A stretch of DNA of 64,000 bases, taken from positions 32,001-96,000 of the forward strand of contig JAEOUA010000008.1 in NCBI GenBank assembly GCA_016839555.1, given 5' to 3'. This document shows, one piece after another, positions 38,639 through 48,361 of this stretch; the first letter of the stretch is position 1; each line of letters opens with the position of its first letter. Under the pieces are notes generated by a model. It saw only the letters and a program-made list of their open reading frames with translations. It did no database searches and was not told the origin of the DNA. The stretch comes from Promethearchaeota archaeon (GTDB lineage: Archaea; Asgardarchaeota; Lokiarchaeia; Sigyniarchaeales; SOKP01). The position numbers and the translations under genes were made by a program.

Positions 38639-39622
38639 TTACATTAATAATTCAAACACATCTTTAGCTTGAGGGTGTATACTATATTTTCTTGAGAAGC
38701 GATAAAGCCACCACCAGCAACTGACGCAGTAGGTTGTTACGTAATCAATATTTTCTTTATCAAAATCTTTTATTCTCTTTTCCCCTATAGCATCAATAAT
38801 GTCAATTCTATGCATACGACCTAATCCATGACCACAACACCACATAGGTACATGGATTACGTTATATCCACTTTTTTCGAAAATATTTTCGACAAATTTA
38901 TCTACATTTTCTCGCCCACGATACATAAGCTGACAGAGATGTTGAAACGCAACATTTCCAGACTTTTTTTCCTTAGCAGGTTTTAAATAATCCGAAATAT
39001 ACACAAATTTAATATCTTTATTCATAGCCTCAGCATAATCATTTCTAAAAAGATGATAACATGCGGGGCATAAACAAATTATTTTTTCATAATTCTTAAA
39101 GATTTCAATATTTTCTTTCATACATATCTGGAGTTCTGTTGTAGATCCTGAGACATACCAAGGCCATCCACAACAAATTTCTTCATCCAGAATGGTAAAA
39201 TCAATATTAGTTTTCAATAAATATTCTAAAGCGTGTTCTGTATAATGAGGAATTCGCATTGTGGAAAGACAGCCCATAAAGAAAAGCGTATCAGAATCTT
39301 CAGGTATACCTTCGGGAACCTTTATTCTCATCTTCTTCATGGGATAGGGCGTTCTATATTCTTTAAAATTAGTAAGCATTTCATCCCATCCTTCAAAGGT
39401 ATATCCTTGTTCTAAATATTTCTGTTTTAAAAGTATTCTTTCTCGTTCGGTTTCACATTCTCCACAATCAACACAATTATAAATCCTATAATAATCTTGT
39501 TGCTCAAATTCGAGTTGATTTAGATTCTTAACCATCTCTTTAACTTCATTATCTTCAATAAAATTTTTGGGATCCACCTCTTTTGTAGGATAATTCTTTC
39601 TTCCTTTAATTCTCTCTTTCAT
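38639..39622 (-). CDS. CCG-domain Fe-S protein, tandem paralogue
   Basis: CVDCGEC, FMGC, EICCG, CPAC, QHLC, CCGHG, YCVSC. Confidence 0.85.
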   Translation of the reverse strand: MKERIKGRKNYPTKEVDPKNFIEDNEVKEMVKNLNQLEFEQQDYYRIYNCVDCGECETERERILLKQKYLEQGYTFEGWDEMLTNFKEYRTPYPMKKMRIKVPEGIPEDSDTLFFMGCLSTMRIPHYTEHALEYLLKTNIDFTILDEEICCGWPWYVSGSTTELQICMKENIEIFKNYEKIICLCPACYHLFRNDYAEAMNKDIKFVYISDYLKPAKEKKSGNVAFQHLCQLMYRGRENVDKFVENIFEKSGYNVIHVPMWCCGHGLGRMHRIDIIDAIGEKRIKDFDKENIDYVTTYCVSCWWWLYRFSRKYSIHPQAKDVFELLM

Positions 39623-39772
39623 AATAAAAACCTATATAGTTAGAATTTACATTATTCTTTAAATACATACATTCTAAATTATAAGAAATTTCCTTATATT
39701 TATGTTATTTTAAGAGGAATAAAAAGAATATAAAGTAAATATAAAAAAAATAAAATAAAATATTAAAAATTC

Positions 39773-39967
39773 TTACTCTTCCTTAGTACGAATCCAAATA
39801 TACACTATAAAGAGAATCGCAGTAATAACTGATGTGATCTTATGAAGGGCATATAAAATATCATAAGCTAATCCATTAATTAGGATTGCTGATGCACCGC
39901 CAGATATAAGTGATAGAAGAAGAAACACTCCAGTTATTATAATTATTTTTTTTTCTTTTGTTCTCAT
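39773..39967 (-). CDS. Small 2-TM membrane protein
   Basis: Two hydrophobic helices, His in ALHKITS; directly downstream of the EFR1-like gene. Confidence 0.65.
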   Translation of the reverse strand: MRTKEKKIIIITGVFLLLSLISGGASAILINGLAYDILYALHKITSVITAILFIVYIWIRTKEE

Positions 39968-39972
39968 TTTTT

Positions 39973-40887
39973 TTAGCTCCTTTTTATTATTTTATTGTTT
40001 ACCATATCGGAAATTTTTACATCTGGGTGGTGATATCGCTCATTATAAGATACGATTTCACCATTAATTGCCTTTTGTGGACACCACACATAACACGCGA
40101 AACAATTTTCACAATTATGTTGCCATATAGGTTTATTATTAATAATTTTAATATTATTTACAGGACAGATTTTGGCACATATCCCACAACCATTACAGTT
40201 TTCATTAATCTGAAAGCTTTTATCTGCTAATGGTATCATTTCTTTAAATTTAAGATTTGATGAATTGGATAATTTTCTATATCTTCGGGAGAATACAGGT
40301 TTTATTAATAAATGAAGTAGGAGAGCAGATAGAAATTTAGCAAATTTAGATCGTGTTTCAATCAAACCTTTTTTTTTATGAGAAATATAACCATAAATTA
40401 TGTCAAGCTTATTTTTCGAATTCTCAATAAGCTCTTTTTGTCTTTCTTGAATTTCATGATTACTCTGATTTTCTAATTCTTTACGCAATATTGCCGTTTT
40501 TAATTTATAAAAGACAGAAGGAGGATTAAATAACTTTAAGGTAAAACCAGCAGCTAGTTCACCACCACGATTATTAATTATTTCTTGTAGATTTTCAACG
40601 GTATCCCCGGGATTTCCACTATGGGTACAAACTGAAAAAATATATTTTGAATCAAGGTCTTTTAATTTATTGAGAAATCTTTCAACAATAAGCGGAATAC
40701 CACTAAAACCATTTGTCGCATAGTAGACAGGGAACACAAAACCAATCATATTTGCATCTATCGTTATATTTTCTTTTTCCATCATAGAAGGTATTGATAT
40801 TATTTTTCCATTTATCTTATTCGCAAGGTCTCTTGCTACAGCTAGTGAGTTTCCGGTACCTGTAAAGTAATAAATTTCTTTAGTCAT
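39973..40887 (-). CDS. EFR1-family flavodoxin-ferredoxin fusion
   Basis: YYFTGTGNS, GFVFPVY, CNGCGICAKICP, CENCFACYVWCP. Confidence 0.92.
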   Translation of the reverse strand: MTKEIYYFTGTGNSLAVARDLANKINGKIISIPSMMEKENITIDANMIGFVFPVYYATNGFSGIPLIVERFLNKLKDLDSKYIFSVCTHSGNPGDTVENLQEIINNRGGELAAGFTLKLFNPPSVFYKLKTAILRKELENQSNHEIQERQKELIENSKNKLDIIYGYISHKKKGLIETRSKFAKFLSALLLHLLIKPVFSRRYRKLSNSSNLKFKEMIPLADKSFQINENCNGCGICAKICPVNNIKIINNKPIWQHNCENCFACYVWCPQKAINGEIVSYNERYHHPDVKISDMVNNKIIKRS

Positions 40888-40908
40888 TTTCTGAACGCCT
40901 TAATTTTC

Positions 40909-41565
40909 TTATTCTCTCTTTCTTATAAGATCAAACAAAAACTTGATATGTATAGATAATTTGTTTATTAAGTTATCAATTAATGTTTCATAGGAAGTCT
41001 CGTTATATTCAACAAGAAAACATTCAAAGAATAGGAAAAGGCAATAATTAAAGAATTCTTTAGCTAGAAGATTAGCATCAAATTTTAGTATATATTCTTT
41101 TTCAATCATTTTTTGGAAAACTTGAGTCCAAAGGGAATAAGAAGGTTCCATAAATTGGTTTTTAAAAAAATCTAAGAATTTATCGTTTCGGTAAAGTTCA
41201 ATACACATCAGTCTTAAGACCTTTCTTATTTGGGGCTTTTTTAATTGTTCCAGCATTGGTTTAGTAGCATTATTTAGAACGATTTCAGGATCATATTTAT
41301 CAAGCAAGCTTTCTATTGATATTTCTTCAGGTTGATATCTAAATTCATTAAGAAGATAATCAATAATAGTATCTATGATATCTTCTTTTCCTTTATAATG
41401 GCTATAAATAGTACTTTCACTAATATCTACTAAACGAGCTATATCTCGTATGGACACAGCATTATAGCCTTTTTGTGAAAAAAGATCGATTGCTACATCC
41501 CTAATACGTTCTTTAGTTCCTTTTTTTTCCTTTTTAATATCTTTTTGCTTCATTATGTTTGGCAA
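40909..41565 (-). CDS. TetR/AcrR family transcriptional regulator
   Basis: LFSQKGYNAVSIRDIA...STIYSHYKGKEDI. Confidence 0.92.
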   Translation of the reverse strand: MPNIMKQKDIKKEKKGTKERIRDVAIDLFSQKGYNAVSIRDIARLVDISESTIYSHYKGKEDIIDTIIDYLLNEFRYQPEEISIESLLDKYDPEIVLNNATKPMLEQLKKPQIRKVLRLMCIELYRNDKFLDFFKNQFMEPSYSLWTQVFQKMIEKEYILKFDANLLAKEFFNYCLFLFFECFLVEYNETSYETLIDNLINKLSIHIKFLFDLIRKRE

Positions 41566-41656
41566 ATCTTTCCTAATATCCTTTACTAATAATAAACAAA
41601 TTTTATTTCATTCTTAATATCTTAAAATAAATTTTGATATTTAAAGTTACCTAGCG

Positions 41657-41666
41657 AACGATCGTT
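41657..41666. promoter_or_regulatory. Palindrome AACGATCGTT, probable TetR operator
   Basis: GC-richer palindrome in AT-rich DNA ~90 bp upstream of the TetR start. Confidence 0.5.
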
Positions 41667-41960
41667 GGGAGAAATGATCTTTAAATAAAATAATTAAGAG
41701 TTATTTCCAAAATAAGTTAACACAAATAAAATAATAACCCACATATAACGGTTTAGATATGTGAGGTATAGTATCTGGTTTTAATTAGAGAAATATTATT
41801 TCCCAAGTTCTCTTTAAATTATAATGGAATTAAACAAAATATTTCTGGATGTATTAATTAAGAAGTTGATTATCTATGTTGAATATAATAAAAAAATTAA
41901 AAAACAATAACTTTATTAATTTTAAAAAAGCAAGAAAGGAATATAATAAAAAATAAAAAA

Positions 41961-42122
41961 TTAGTCTTCATCTTCTTTAAGTTTCACAAGGTCTCTCTGT
42001 ATTCCAACTTCCCTGTTGTAAGGCAAGGGTGTACCGCAATTATCTCGCTTACGTTCGTTTTCTCGAAAAGCTTCATCTATCATTTCATCTAATTCTTCAT
42101 CCGAAATTTCTTTTTCACTCAT
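41961..42122 (-). CDS. 53-aa acidic microprotein MSEKEISDEELDEMIDEAFRENERKRDNCGTPLPYNREVGIQRDLVKLKEDED (not in ORF track)
   Basis: ATG-TAA frame with coding-like base composition inside AT-rich flanks; T-rich tract after the stop. Confidence 0.7.
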   Translation of the reverse strand: MSEKEISDEELDEMIDEAFRENERKRDNCGTPLPYNREVGIQRDLVKLKEDED

Positions 42123-42343
42123 ATTTATTAAAACATCAAGAAAGAATTTAAAAATTTAGATTATGAAATATTTATTTCTTAGAGTAGATTGCTTTTCTTA
42201 AAAAGTAAATTGTTTTAATAATTTATTTCTTATTGAACTTTTTGTTTATTACCATAAGGCATTTTAAAATTAACAATTTAAGAGATTATTATAGAAAAGT
42301 AATTGAATTAGAAAAAAAAGAAATAAAATAAATACTATAGTTT

Positions 42344-42724
42344 TTAATCATAAAATTTATTCATATATTCCAATACGGCTTCTTCTTTTTCGACCGGGCG
42401 TCTTTCGGGAATTTGAAGGAACTTTTCTTCATGCATTTCATAGAAATCTGGATTTAAAAATAAATTGCAATAACAAGTACCATATTCTTTTATATCAGGA
42501 GGAGCATACTCACAGGGGCAAATAAGATCTCTTTCTAATTCCCTTTTACCGCATGCAAATCTACAAGGACATGATTGATACCCATAGCGTTTTTTATTTT
42601 TCACAAGACCTTCAATTAAATCATTTAAGGTTTGTTTATCCTTTTGTAGGATCCAATTATTCCTTTCACAGATCTTTTTACAATACTCCATCATTCCTTC
42701 TTTAGTTTCCATATCTAAAGTCAT
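42344..42724 (-). CDS. Ferredoxin:thioredoxin/glutaredoxin reductase catalytic subunit
   Basis: YCKK, SCPCR, ICPC, CYCNLF; ATG at 42724 right after the glutaredoxin stop. Confidence 0.9.
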   Translation of the reverse strand: MTLDMETKEGMMEYCKKICERNNWILQKDKQTLNDLIEGLVKNKKRYGYQSCPCRFACGKRELERDLICPCEYAPPDIKEYGTCYCNLFLNPDFYEMHEEKFLQIPERRPVEKEEAVLEYMNKFYD

Positions 42725-42725
42725 T

Positions 42726-43058
42726 TTAATCATCCTCCCTAAATATCTCATCATATTTGTTAGGATCATACCCAACTATAAATTTATCATCACAAATTAA
42801 AAAGGGATAAGATATTCTTTCTTGATAATTTTCTTTTAGAAAATTTAAAATTTTCATTTTTTCTTGAGGATCTATTTGATCTACATCGATATATCTATAT
42901 TTCACATTTTTATCCTTTAAATATCTCTTACATTTCTTACACCATTGACATGTACTAAGAGTAAATGCCATCACATCTACACTTTCATTTTGACCTTCTT
43001 CTAATTTGGCAATTTTTTCTATAAATTCAGGGAATTTTTTTTTAGTCATTTTTTTCAC
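42726..43058 (-). CDS. Glutaredoxin-like protein
   Basis: LSTCQWC, ISYP, IVGYD. Confidence 0.9.
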   Translation of the reverse strand: MKKMTKKKFPEFIEKIAKLEEGQNESVDVMAFTLSTCQWCKKCKRYLKDKNVKYRYIDVDQIDPQEKMKILNFLKENYQERISYPFLICDDKFIVGYDPNKYDEIFREDD

Positions 43059-43239
43059 TTTAAAATCAATTTATCCTTATATTTTTTTAAAAAGTAGGAT
43101 TTGATATTATAAAACAAAATAATTAGATCATCTAATAAGGTAAAACACATAAATTAATTATATCTACCATTTATAATTTATATATAATTTTTAATAGCTT
43201 ATTATAATAAGATTGCTTTCAAATTTCTAATAATAAACT

Positions 43240-44277
43240 ATGCCTCAAGAACAAGCATTATGTATAATATACTTTGATGCAATTATAGGTCCCAATATTT
43301 TTTATTGTAATAAAAATTTATCTGAAGAGGGAAAGCGTCCAAATTTCGAGCGACTTCTTGAATTCAGTGATGGAGAAGGTACCTTTATCTATGCGTTTCA
43401 AAAATATCAAACAATAAACCATACTTTTTATCTGACAAGTCCTTATGCACGAGGAGGAAAAGAAATCCTTATGATTTCTTATTTAATTAAGGCGGCTTCC
43501 TTTAAAAATGAAATTTCAGATGTTTTTAATTATTTACAATCTAAAACGCCTATTTTATTAGAGTTTGCGAATAAATTAAAAACTCTGGAAGATTTCCCAG
43601 AAGTTTTACATAAGAATATTAAAATGCATTTAAAGGAAAATCTTTTTAAATTGGGAAATTCAGAATTTCAAAAAAACTTTTTTTCATTATTTAATACTAT
43701 TTTTAATAAATTAGCTCAAATTATTCAATCGGATCTTATTCATCCTGATGAATCTATTAAAAAAGTGTTTATATTTGGAGCCGACCATGTCGGAAAAAAC
43801 AATTTTTTAAAAAATATTGAAATGATTCAATTAAATTTACAAAAAAATAAGGATATTCCAACTAAGATTTTTCAAGTGGTAATTGATAATCTGGAAATTT
43901 TGAAGGAAGAGTGTATAAAAGCCGGCTTAAAATGTGATCAATGTGAATTAAATAATCGATGTATTAATTATGCTGAAGGATTTATAGTTATATTTGATAT
44001 CTCTAATAAATCATCAATTATTGAAGCTAAAGAACGATTTAATATTATTATCAGTAAATTATGCCAGCGAACACCAATAACTAAAATCCCGATGTTACTA
44101 ATTGGGAATAAATTCAATTACCATGAAGAGTTCTCTTCTAAAATCATCTATAAGACTTTTCAAACAAAACAAGCAAAAAAATGTGCTATTGATATTCAAT
44201 ATTTTACTATGGATCTCTCAAAAGATAATGAGAAAGTTCTCGATTCTTTACGATGGTTAATTAGAAAAATGATATAA
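43240..44277 (+). CDS. uDENN/longin-like domain fused to a degenerate Ras-like GTPase domain
   Basis: N-terminal YFDAIIGP...ARGGKEILMIS; G1-like GADHVGKN, GFIVIFDISN, G4-like LIGNKFN. Confidence 0.7.
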   Translation: MPQEQALCIIYFDAIIGPNIFYCNKNLSEEGKRPNFERLLEFSDGEGTFIYAFQKYQTINHTFYLTSPYARGGKEILMISYLIKAASFKNEISDVFNYLQSKTPILLEFANKLKTLEDFPEVLHKNIKMHLKENLFKLGNSEFQKNFFSLFNTIFNKLAQIIQSDLIHPDESIKKVFIFGADHVGKNNFLKNIEMIQLNLQKNKDIPTKIFQVVIDNLEILKEECIKAGLKCDQCELNNRCINYAEGFIVIFDISNKSSIIEAKERFNIIISKLCQRTPITKIPMLLIGNKFNYHEEFSSKIIYKTFQTKQAKKCAIDIQYFTMDLSKDNEKVLDSLRWLIRKMI

Positions 44278-44373
44278 CTTCAATTTAATGGAATTTTGTA
44301 AATATCAAACCTTTAAATGCATATAAATAGCAATTTAATGATATATATAAAGCATTAGAGAATAAAAAAAAGC

Positions 44374-45165
44374 ATGAGAGAATCCAATACTTTACTAGCT
44401 AAAGGAGAGGTTGAAAAAGATGTGATACTTATTGGGGGTGAAGATCATCCTTTAGTAAAAAAATTAAGTAAAGAGATAATGAATTTTTCCCTTATCCGTA
44501 AAAATAAGGGGTTTTACTCTTTTAAATGTATATCTGATAATGCAAAGCTCCAATTTACAATGGTTATAACAGGAATAGGATCATCTTGTACAGAAATAGC
44601 TTTCAATGAATTAGCAAAATGTGGAGCACGTGTTTTTATTCGTGCCGGAACAAGCGGCGCGCTTAAGAAGGATCTTGATTTAGAAAGCGTCGTTATCACT
44701 AAGAACGCTTTGCGTTTAGATGGTGTGAGTGATTTATATGTTGATACTAAATTTAGAGCTGAAGCTAATAATTCTATTATTAACGCATTAATAGAAGCTG
44801 CAAACATATTAAATATTAAATATAGAATAGGTATTACTTTAACTAGCTCTAGCTTTTATGCTGTTGGAGGTAAATTTTTAGAAGATAAAGTAAAATTTGA
44901 CGGTTATTCTGCCAATTCTCTTTTTAAACCGCCAGGATTTGAGGTTCTTGAAAAAGTATTAACACTAAAAAATGTTTTAAACATTGATATGGAAACAGCT
45001 ACCTTATTAGTCCTTTCAAGATTAAATGAAATCAAAAGTGGGTCTGTTTGTGGTATTTCTAATTATATACCTTGGAAAAAAGAAGAGCAAATAAAACATA
45101 CAGAAAAGAGCCTAAATAATGCAATATCAATTGCAGTTAAAGCTATTGAACTAATTAACACATGA
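44374..45165 (+). CDS. Nucleoside phosphorylase (uridine phosphorylase/PNP family)
   Basis: TGIGSS, FIRAGTSGAL, SSSFY, NIDMETATL. Confidence 0.85.
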   Translation: MRESNTLLAKGEVEKDVILIGGEDHPLVKKLSKEIMNFSLIRKNKGFYSFKCISDNAKLQFTMVITGIGSSCTEIAFNELAKCGARVFIRAGTSGALKKDLDLESVVITKNALRLDGVSDLYVDTKFRAEANNSIINALIEAANILNIKYRIGITLTSSSFYAVGGKFLEDKVKFDGYSANSLFKPPGFEVLEKVLTLKNVLNIDMETATLLVLSRLNEIKSGSVCGISNYIPWKKEEQIKHTEKSLNNAISIAVKAIELINT

Positions 45166-45187
45166 TTTAGTTTATAAATTTTATTGA

Positions 45188-45532
45188 ATGAAAACACTTA
45201 AAAGGACATTTATCATTTTACTTTTTACACCTGAAAATAGTAATTTCTTCCAATACGATATAAATTCATGGTTTTGGATATTATTTTTAGGAGTTATATC
45301 TACAGGCTTTGGGCAATATATTTTTTTTGTGGGTGTAAAAGATATTGAAGTCTCAAAAGGGATATCATTAGCCTTTCTAAAACCAATTTTTACCACATTA
45401 CTCGCATTCTTAATTTTACAAGAAAAACCTACTATAGCGCTTTTTATATCAATTGGGATGGTTGCTTCTTCAGTCTTATTAATAAATAAAAACTCAGCAA
45501 ATTTAAAGAAATCTTTTCTACTTAAAAAATGA
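45188..45532 (+). pseudogene. Truncated EamA/DMT transporter (only part of the last repeat)
   Basis: ILFLGVISTGFGQYIF...LKPIFTTLLAFLILQE; N-terminal helices missing. Confidence 0.6.
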
Positions 45533-45621
45533 ATATAGGATTTAATGAGTAAAAATTTACTATTCATTTATATTTCAAAAACCAAATATTTTTTATTTGT
45601 TTATATAATTATGTATTAATC

Positions 45622-45915
45622 ATGACCGAAATGAAATTACCGATAATTATCACAAAAAAAGGTTGCCATCGCTGCGCTGAATTGAAAGAATGGTTAAATG
45701 AGAATAACGTCAAACATGTTGAAGAAGATATTGAAAATGAGGAATTTGTGGAACAGCTAGTGCAAGATGAAAATTTCCTTCAAACGTTTTGCGATGTAGA
45801 TGGCTGTATTGTAAATACTCCTGTAGTAATTAAAAATGGAAAATATTATTTTAAAGAGCTCTGGGGCATCTCTGGCTTACGAAAAGAAGAAGCAAAAGAA
45901 TTATTTTTAAATTAA
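45622..45915 (+). CDS. Glutaredoxin-like protein
   Basis: TKKGCHRC, second Cys pair CDVDGC, NTPVV. Confidence 0.8.
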   Translation: MTEMKLPIIITKKGCHRCAELKEWLNENNVKHVEEDIENEEFVEQLVQDENFLQTFCDVDGCIVNTPVVIKNGKYYFKELWGISGLRKEEAKELFLN

Positions 45916-45946
45916 GCTTTTTTTTATTTTAATTCTATACTATTTT

Positions 45947-46690
45947 TTAGATTTCTTCCTCTTTTATCAGTAAATTTTCTAACCATTTTGGGAGTATAAA
46001 TCCTAAATAATATGATACTGCACTTGCTATCAAGATTGATCTTACGATTACAAGAAGAATTGGATTGAGTGGAAAAACGGCATCCATAATGGCACCCACT
46101 GTAAATAATATGAATGCTAATAATAGCAATTTTCCCTTCCAACGTACTTTTTCTTTTTCTGATAGCATAGATTCTTTAGCAAAGAGAATTCCTGTAATTA
46201 AGGCAGTGATAATAGCAAATACTTGAAAAATTAAAATAAATATGCTGGGTTGAAAAAAGAAGATTCCTTTAATTTCCCCAACTAGATTATAATCCGTGAA
46301 AAGAAAACCTAACAATAGGATCTCAAAGAGGATGTAAATTAAAATATATATTATTATAATTATTTTGCTCTTTCTCGGTAATATCATTGGAATTGTAAAC
46401 CACACCCAACATACAATTGCGATTGGAATAAACGCATTTCCAATAAAAAAATAAGTAAATGTATCTAAGGGATTTTTAAATAAGAGAATTGATAAAAATG
46501 AAAACCCAGAGCCAAACCACCCACTACTCATAAATATCCAAGTAAATCCAACAAGTAGAAAACTTATATCCTTAACCTGAAAATATCTTAATAAAATTCT
46601 AATACCTAAAAAAATTGAAAAAAGTATAAAAATTAAGGTAAATGTGCCATGGAGTATTTCTATAGGGGATAAATCATTTAAAGTTATCAT
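45947..46690 (-). CDS. Multi-pass (about 7-TM) membrane protein of unknown function
   Basis: Seven hydrophobic segments; C-terminal YYLGFILPKW. Confidence 0.75.
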   Translation of the reverse strand: MITLNDLSPIEILHGTFTLIFILFSIFLGIRILLRYFQVKDISFLLVGFTWIFMSSGWFGSGFSFLSILLFKNPLDTFTYFFIGNAFIPIAIVCWVWFTIPMILPRKSKIIIIIYILIYILFEILLLGFLFTDYNLVGEIKGIFFFQPSIFILIFQVFAIITALITGILFAKESMLSEKEKVRWKGKLLLLAFILFTVGAIMDAVFPLNPILLVIVRSILIASAVSYYLGFILPKWLENLLIKEEEI

Positions 46691-46933
46691 TTTCTTTTAT
46701 CACATTAAAATAATATTTTTAATTATATATGAAGGGATGGAGATATATAAAATTAAGGTTTGAATATGAGGATTGAAATAAGGATTTGATTGTTTTATAT
46801 TTTAACAAAACAAAAAATTTATAGATATTATTTTACTGAGAATGAATAAATAGTGGCTAAATATTTGAAAGGCATTCTAAATTATTCTTTTTTTAGAATT
46901 TAAATTCTTGAAATAGTTTTAATACATAATTAT

Positions 46934-47548
46934 TCATTTGAAATCCATACTATTTTTTAAATCTCCCATTCTTTTTATTACTTTTCTTATCGCTCTTAGG
47001 CCTTCTCCATCCTTTTCCACACCCTCTTTACCCTCATCCTTGCTCCATAAGGCCGCGCCAAGATTGGCCCCAAAAGCACCACCGGAAACAGAAATAACAT
47101 GGTTTTGTTGATAAAAGTCTAAGATACTTCTTATTGCAATTTCCTGACCACCATTTCTATCTCCGCCCACTGCTAATGCCATCCCGATTTTATTCATGAA
47201 TACAGTTGGATTTTTTGCCACTAAAGCTCGACATCTATCCATTACCGCTTTAATTTGAGCTGAAAGCGTTCCTTGAAACACCGGAGTTCCGAAAATAAGG
47301 AGTTGAGCTTGTTCTAATTTTGGATATAATTCCTGTAAATCATCCTTATGAATACAACCTTTTTTTTCTCTAATACAATAATCGCAGTGAATACAAAATT
47401 TAATTTCTTTTGCTCGAACCGTCCAAAATTCCGTTTCAAAATTAAATTTTTCAGCAGCATAGTTAAGGGCATATTTTACCGCAAATTCGGTCCCTTGATT
47501 TCTAGGGCTCCCGCAAATACCTAACAATAAATTCTTATTTATACTCAT
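46934..47548 (-). CDS. Iron-sulfur flavoprotein / flavodoxin family
   Basis: GSPR, CIHCDYC...C, GTPVF, GGDRNGGQE. Confidence 0.9.
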   Translation of the reverse strand: MSINKNLLLGICGSPRNQGTEFAVKYALNYAAEKFNFETEFWTVRAKEIKFCIHCDYCIREKKGCIHKDDLQELYPKLEQAQLLIFGTPVFQGTLSAQIKAVMDRCRALVAKNPTVFMNKIGMALAVGGDRNGGQEIAIRSILDFYQQNHVISVSGGAFGANLGAALWSKDEGKEGVEKDGEGLRAIRKVIKRMGDLKNSMDFK

Positions 47549-47647
47549 AAAACCTAATAATATATGTTTTTTATTATATTAATCCTAATTAGAATTATAA
47601 ACTTTAAATTAAATAATTATTAATACCTATAATTCTCTTTAATAACT

Positions 47648-48301
47648 TTGAGCTCCGAAATCTCTACAATTGCAACCGTTAAAATAAAATTTCCAGATGA
47701 TATCTGGATTTCAGCAATTTTTAGAAAATTTTATGATATTAAAATGGAAATTTTATATTTTTTACCTTATGATTTTGAGGAATCTATTGGAAATGCCATT
47801 ATTGAATTAATGCATTACGATCTTGATTCTATAATTGAAGAAATAGAAAAACATCCCTCAGTTTATGAATTTCATTTAGTTGATAAGGGAGATAATAAGA
47901 TTAAATTTAACGTGAAAACAAAAGATCCCTATTTGCTTTATGCTGTGATTAAATGCGGAGTACTTGTAGATTTTCCAGTTAAAATCGAAGATGGCTATGC
48001 TTACTGGGATTTAATATCTACTCGTAAAAGCATTGATCAGCTGCTATCCTTATTTGATGAAGAGGGCGTCAAGTATGAACTATTAAGAATTGGAAACTCA
48101 GACCTTAATTTAGAGGATGGTAAATATGAGCTTAGTTTGGATGAAATAAAGTTATTAGAGACTGCGATTAGGAGAGGATTTTTTGATGTGCCACGAAAAA
48201 TATCGCTTGAAGAATTAGGATTTTTACTAAATAAATCAAAATCAACGTTATCTGTTCAGCTAAGAAAAATAATCAAAAAAAAAGTATTGGCAAATCCTTA
48301 A
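47648..48301 (+). CDS. Bat-type (HTH-10) transcriptional regulator
   Basis: LETAIRRGFFDVPRKISLEEL...KSTLSVQLRK. Confidence 0.88.
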   Translation: MSSEISTIATVKIKFPDDIWISAIFRKFYDIKMEILYFLPYDFEESIGNAIIELMHYDLDSIIEEIEKHPSVYEFHLVDKGDNKIKFNVKTKDPYLLYAVIKCGVLVDFPVKIEDGYAYWDLISTRKSIDQLLSLFDEEGVKYELLRIGNSDLNLEDGKYELSLDEIKLLETAIRRGFFDVPRKISLEELGFLLNKSKSTLSVQLRKIIKKKVLANP

Positions 48302-48361
48302 ACTTTGTTAGAAAAAAATAAAATTATCTATATGTTAATTATACCTTATTGAACTCTCTAA

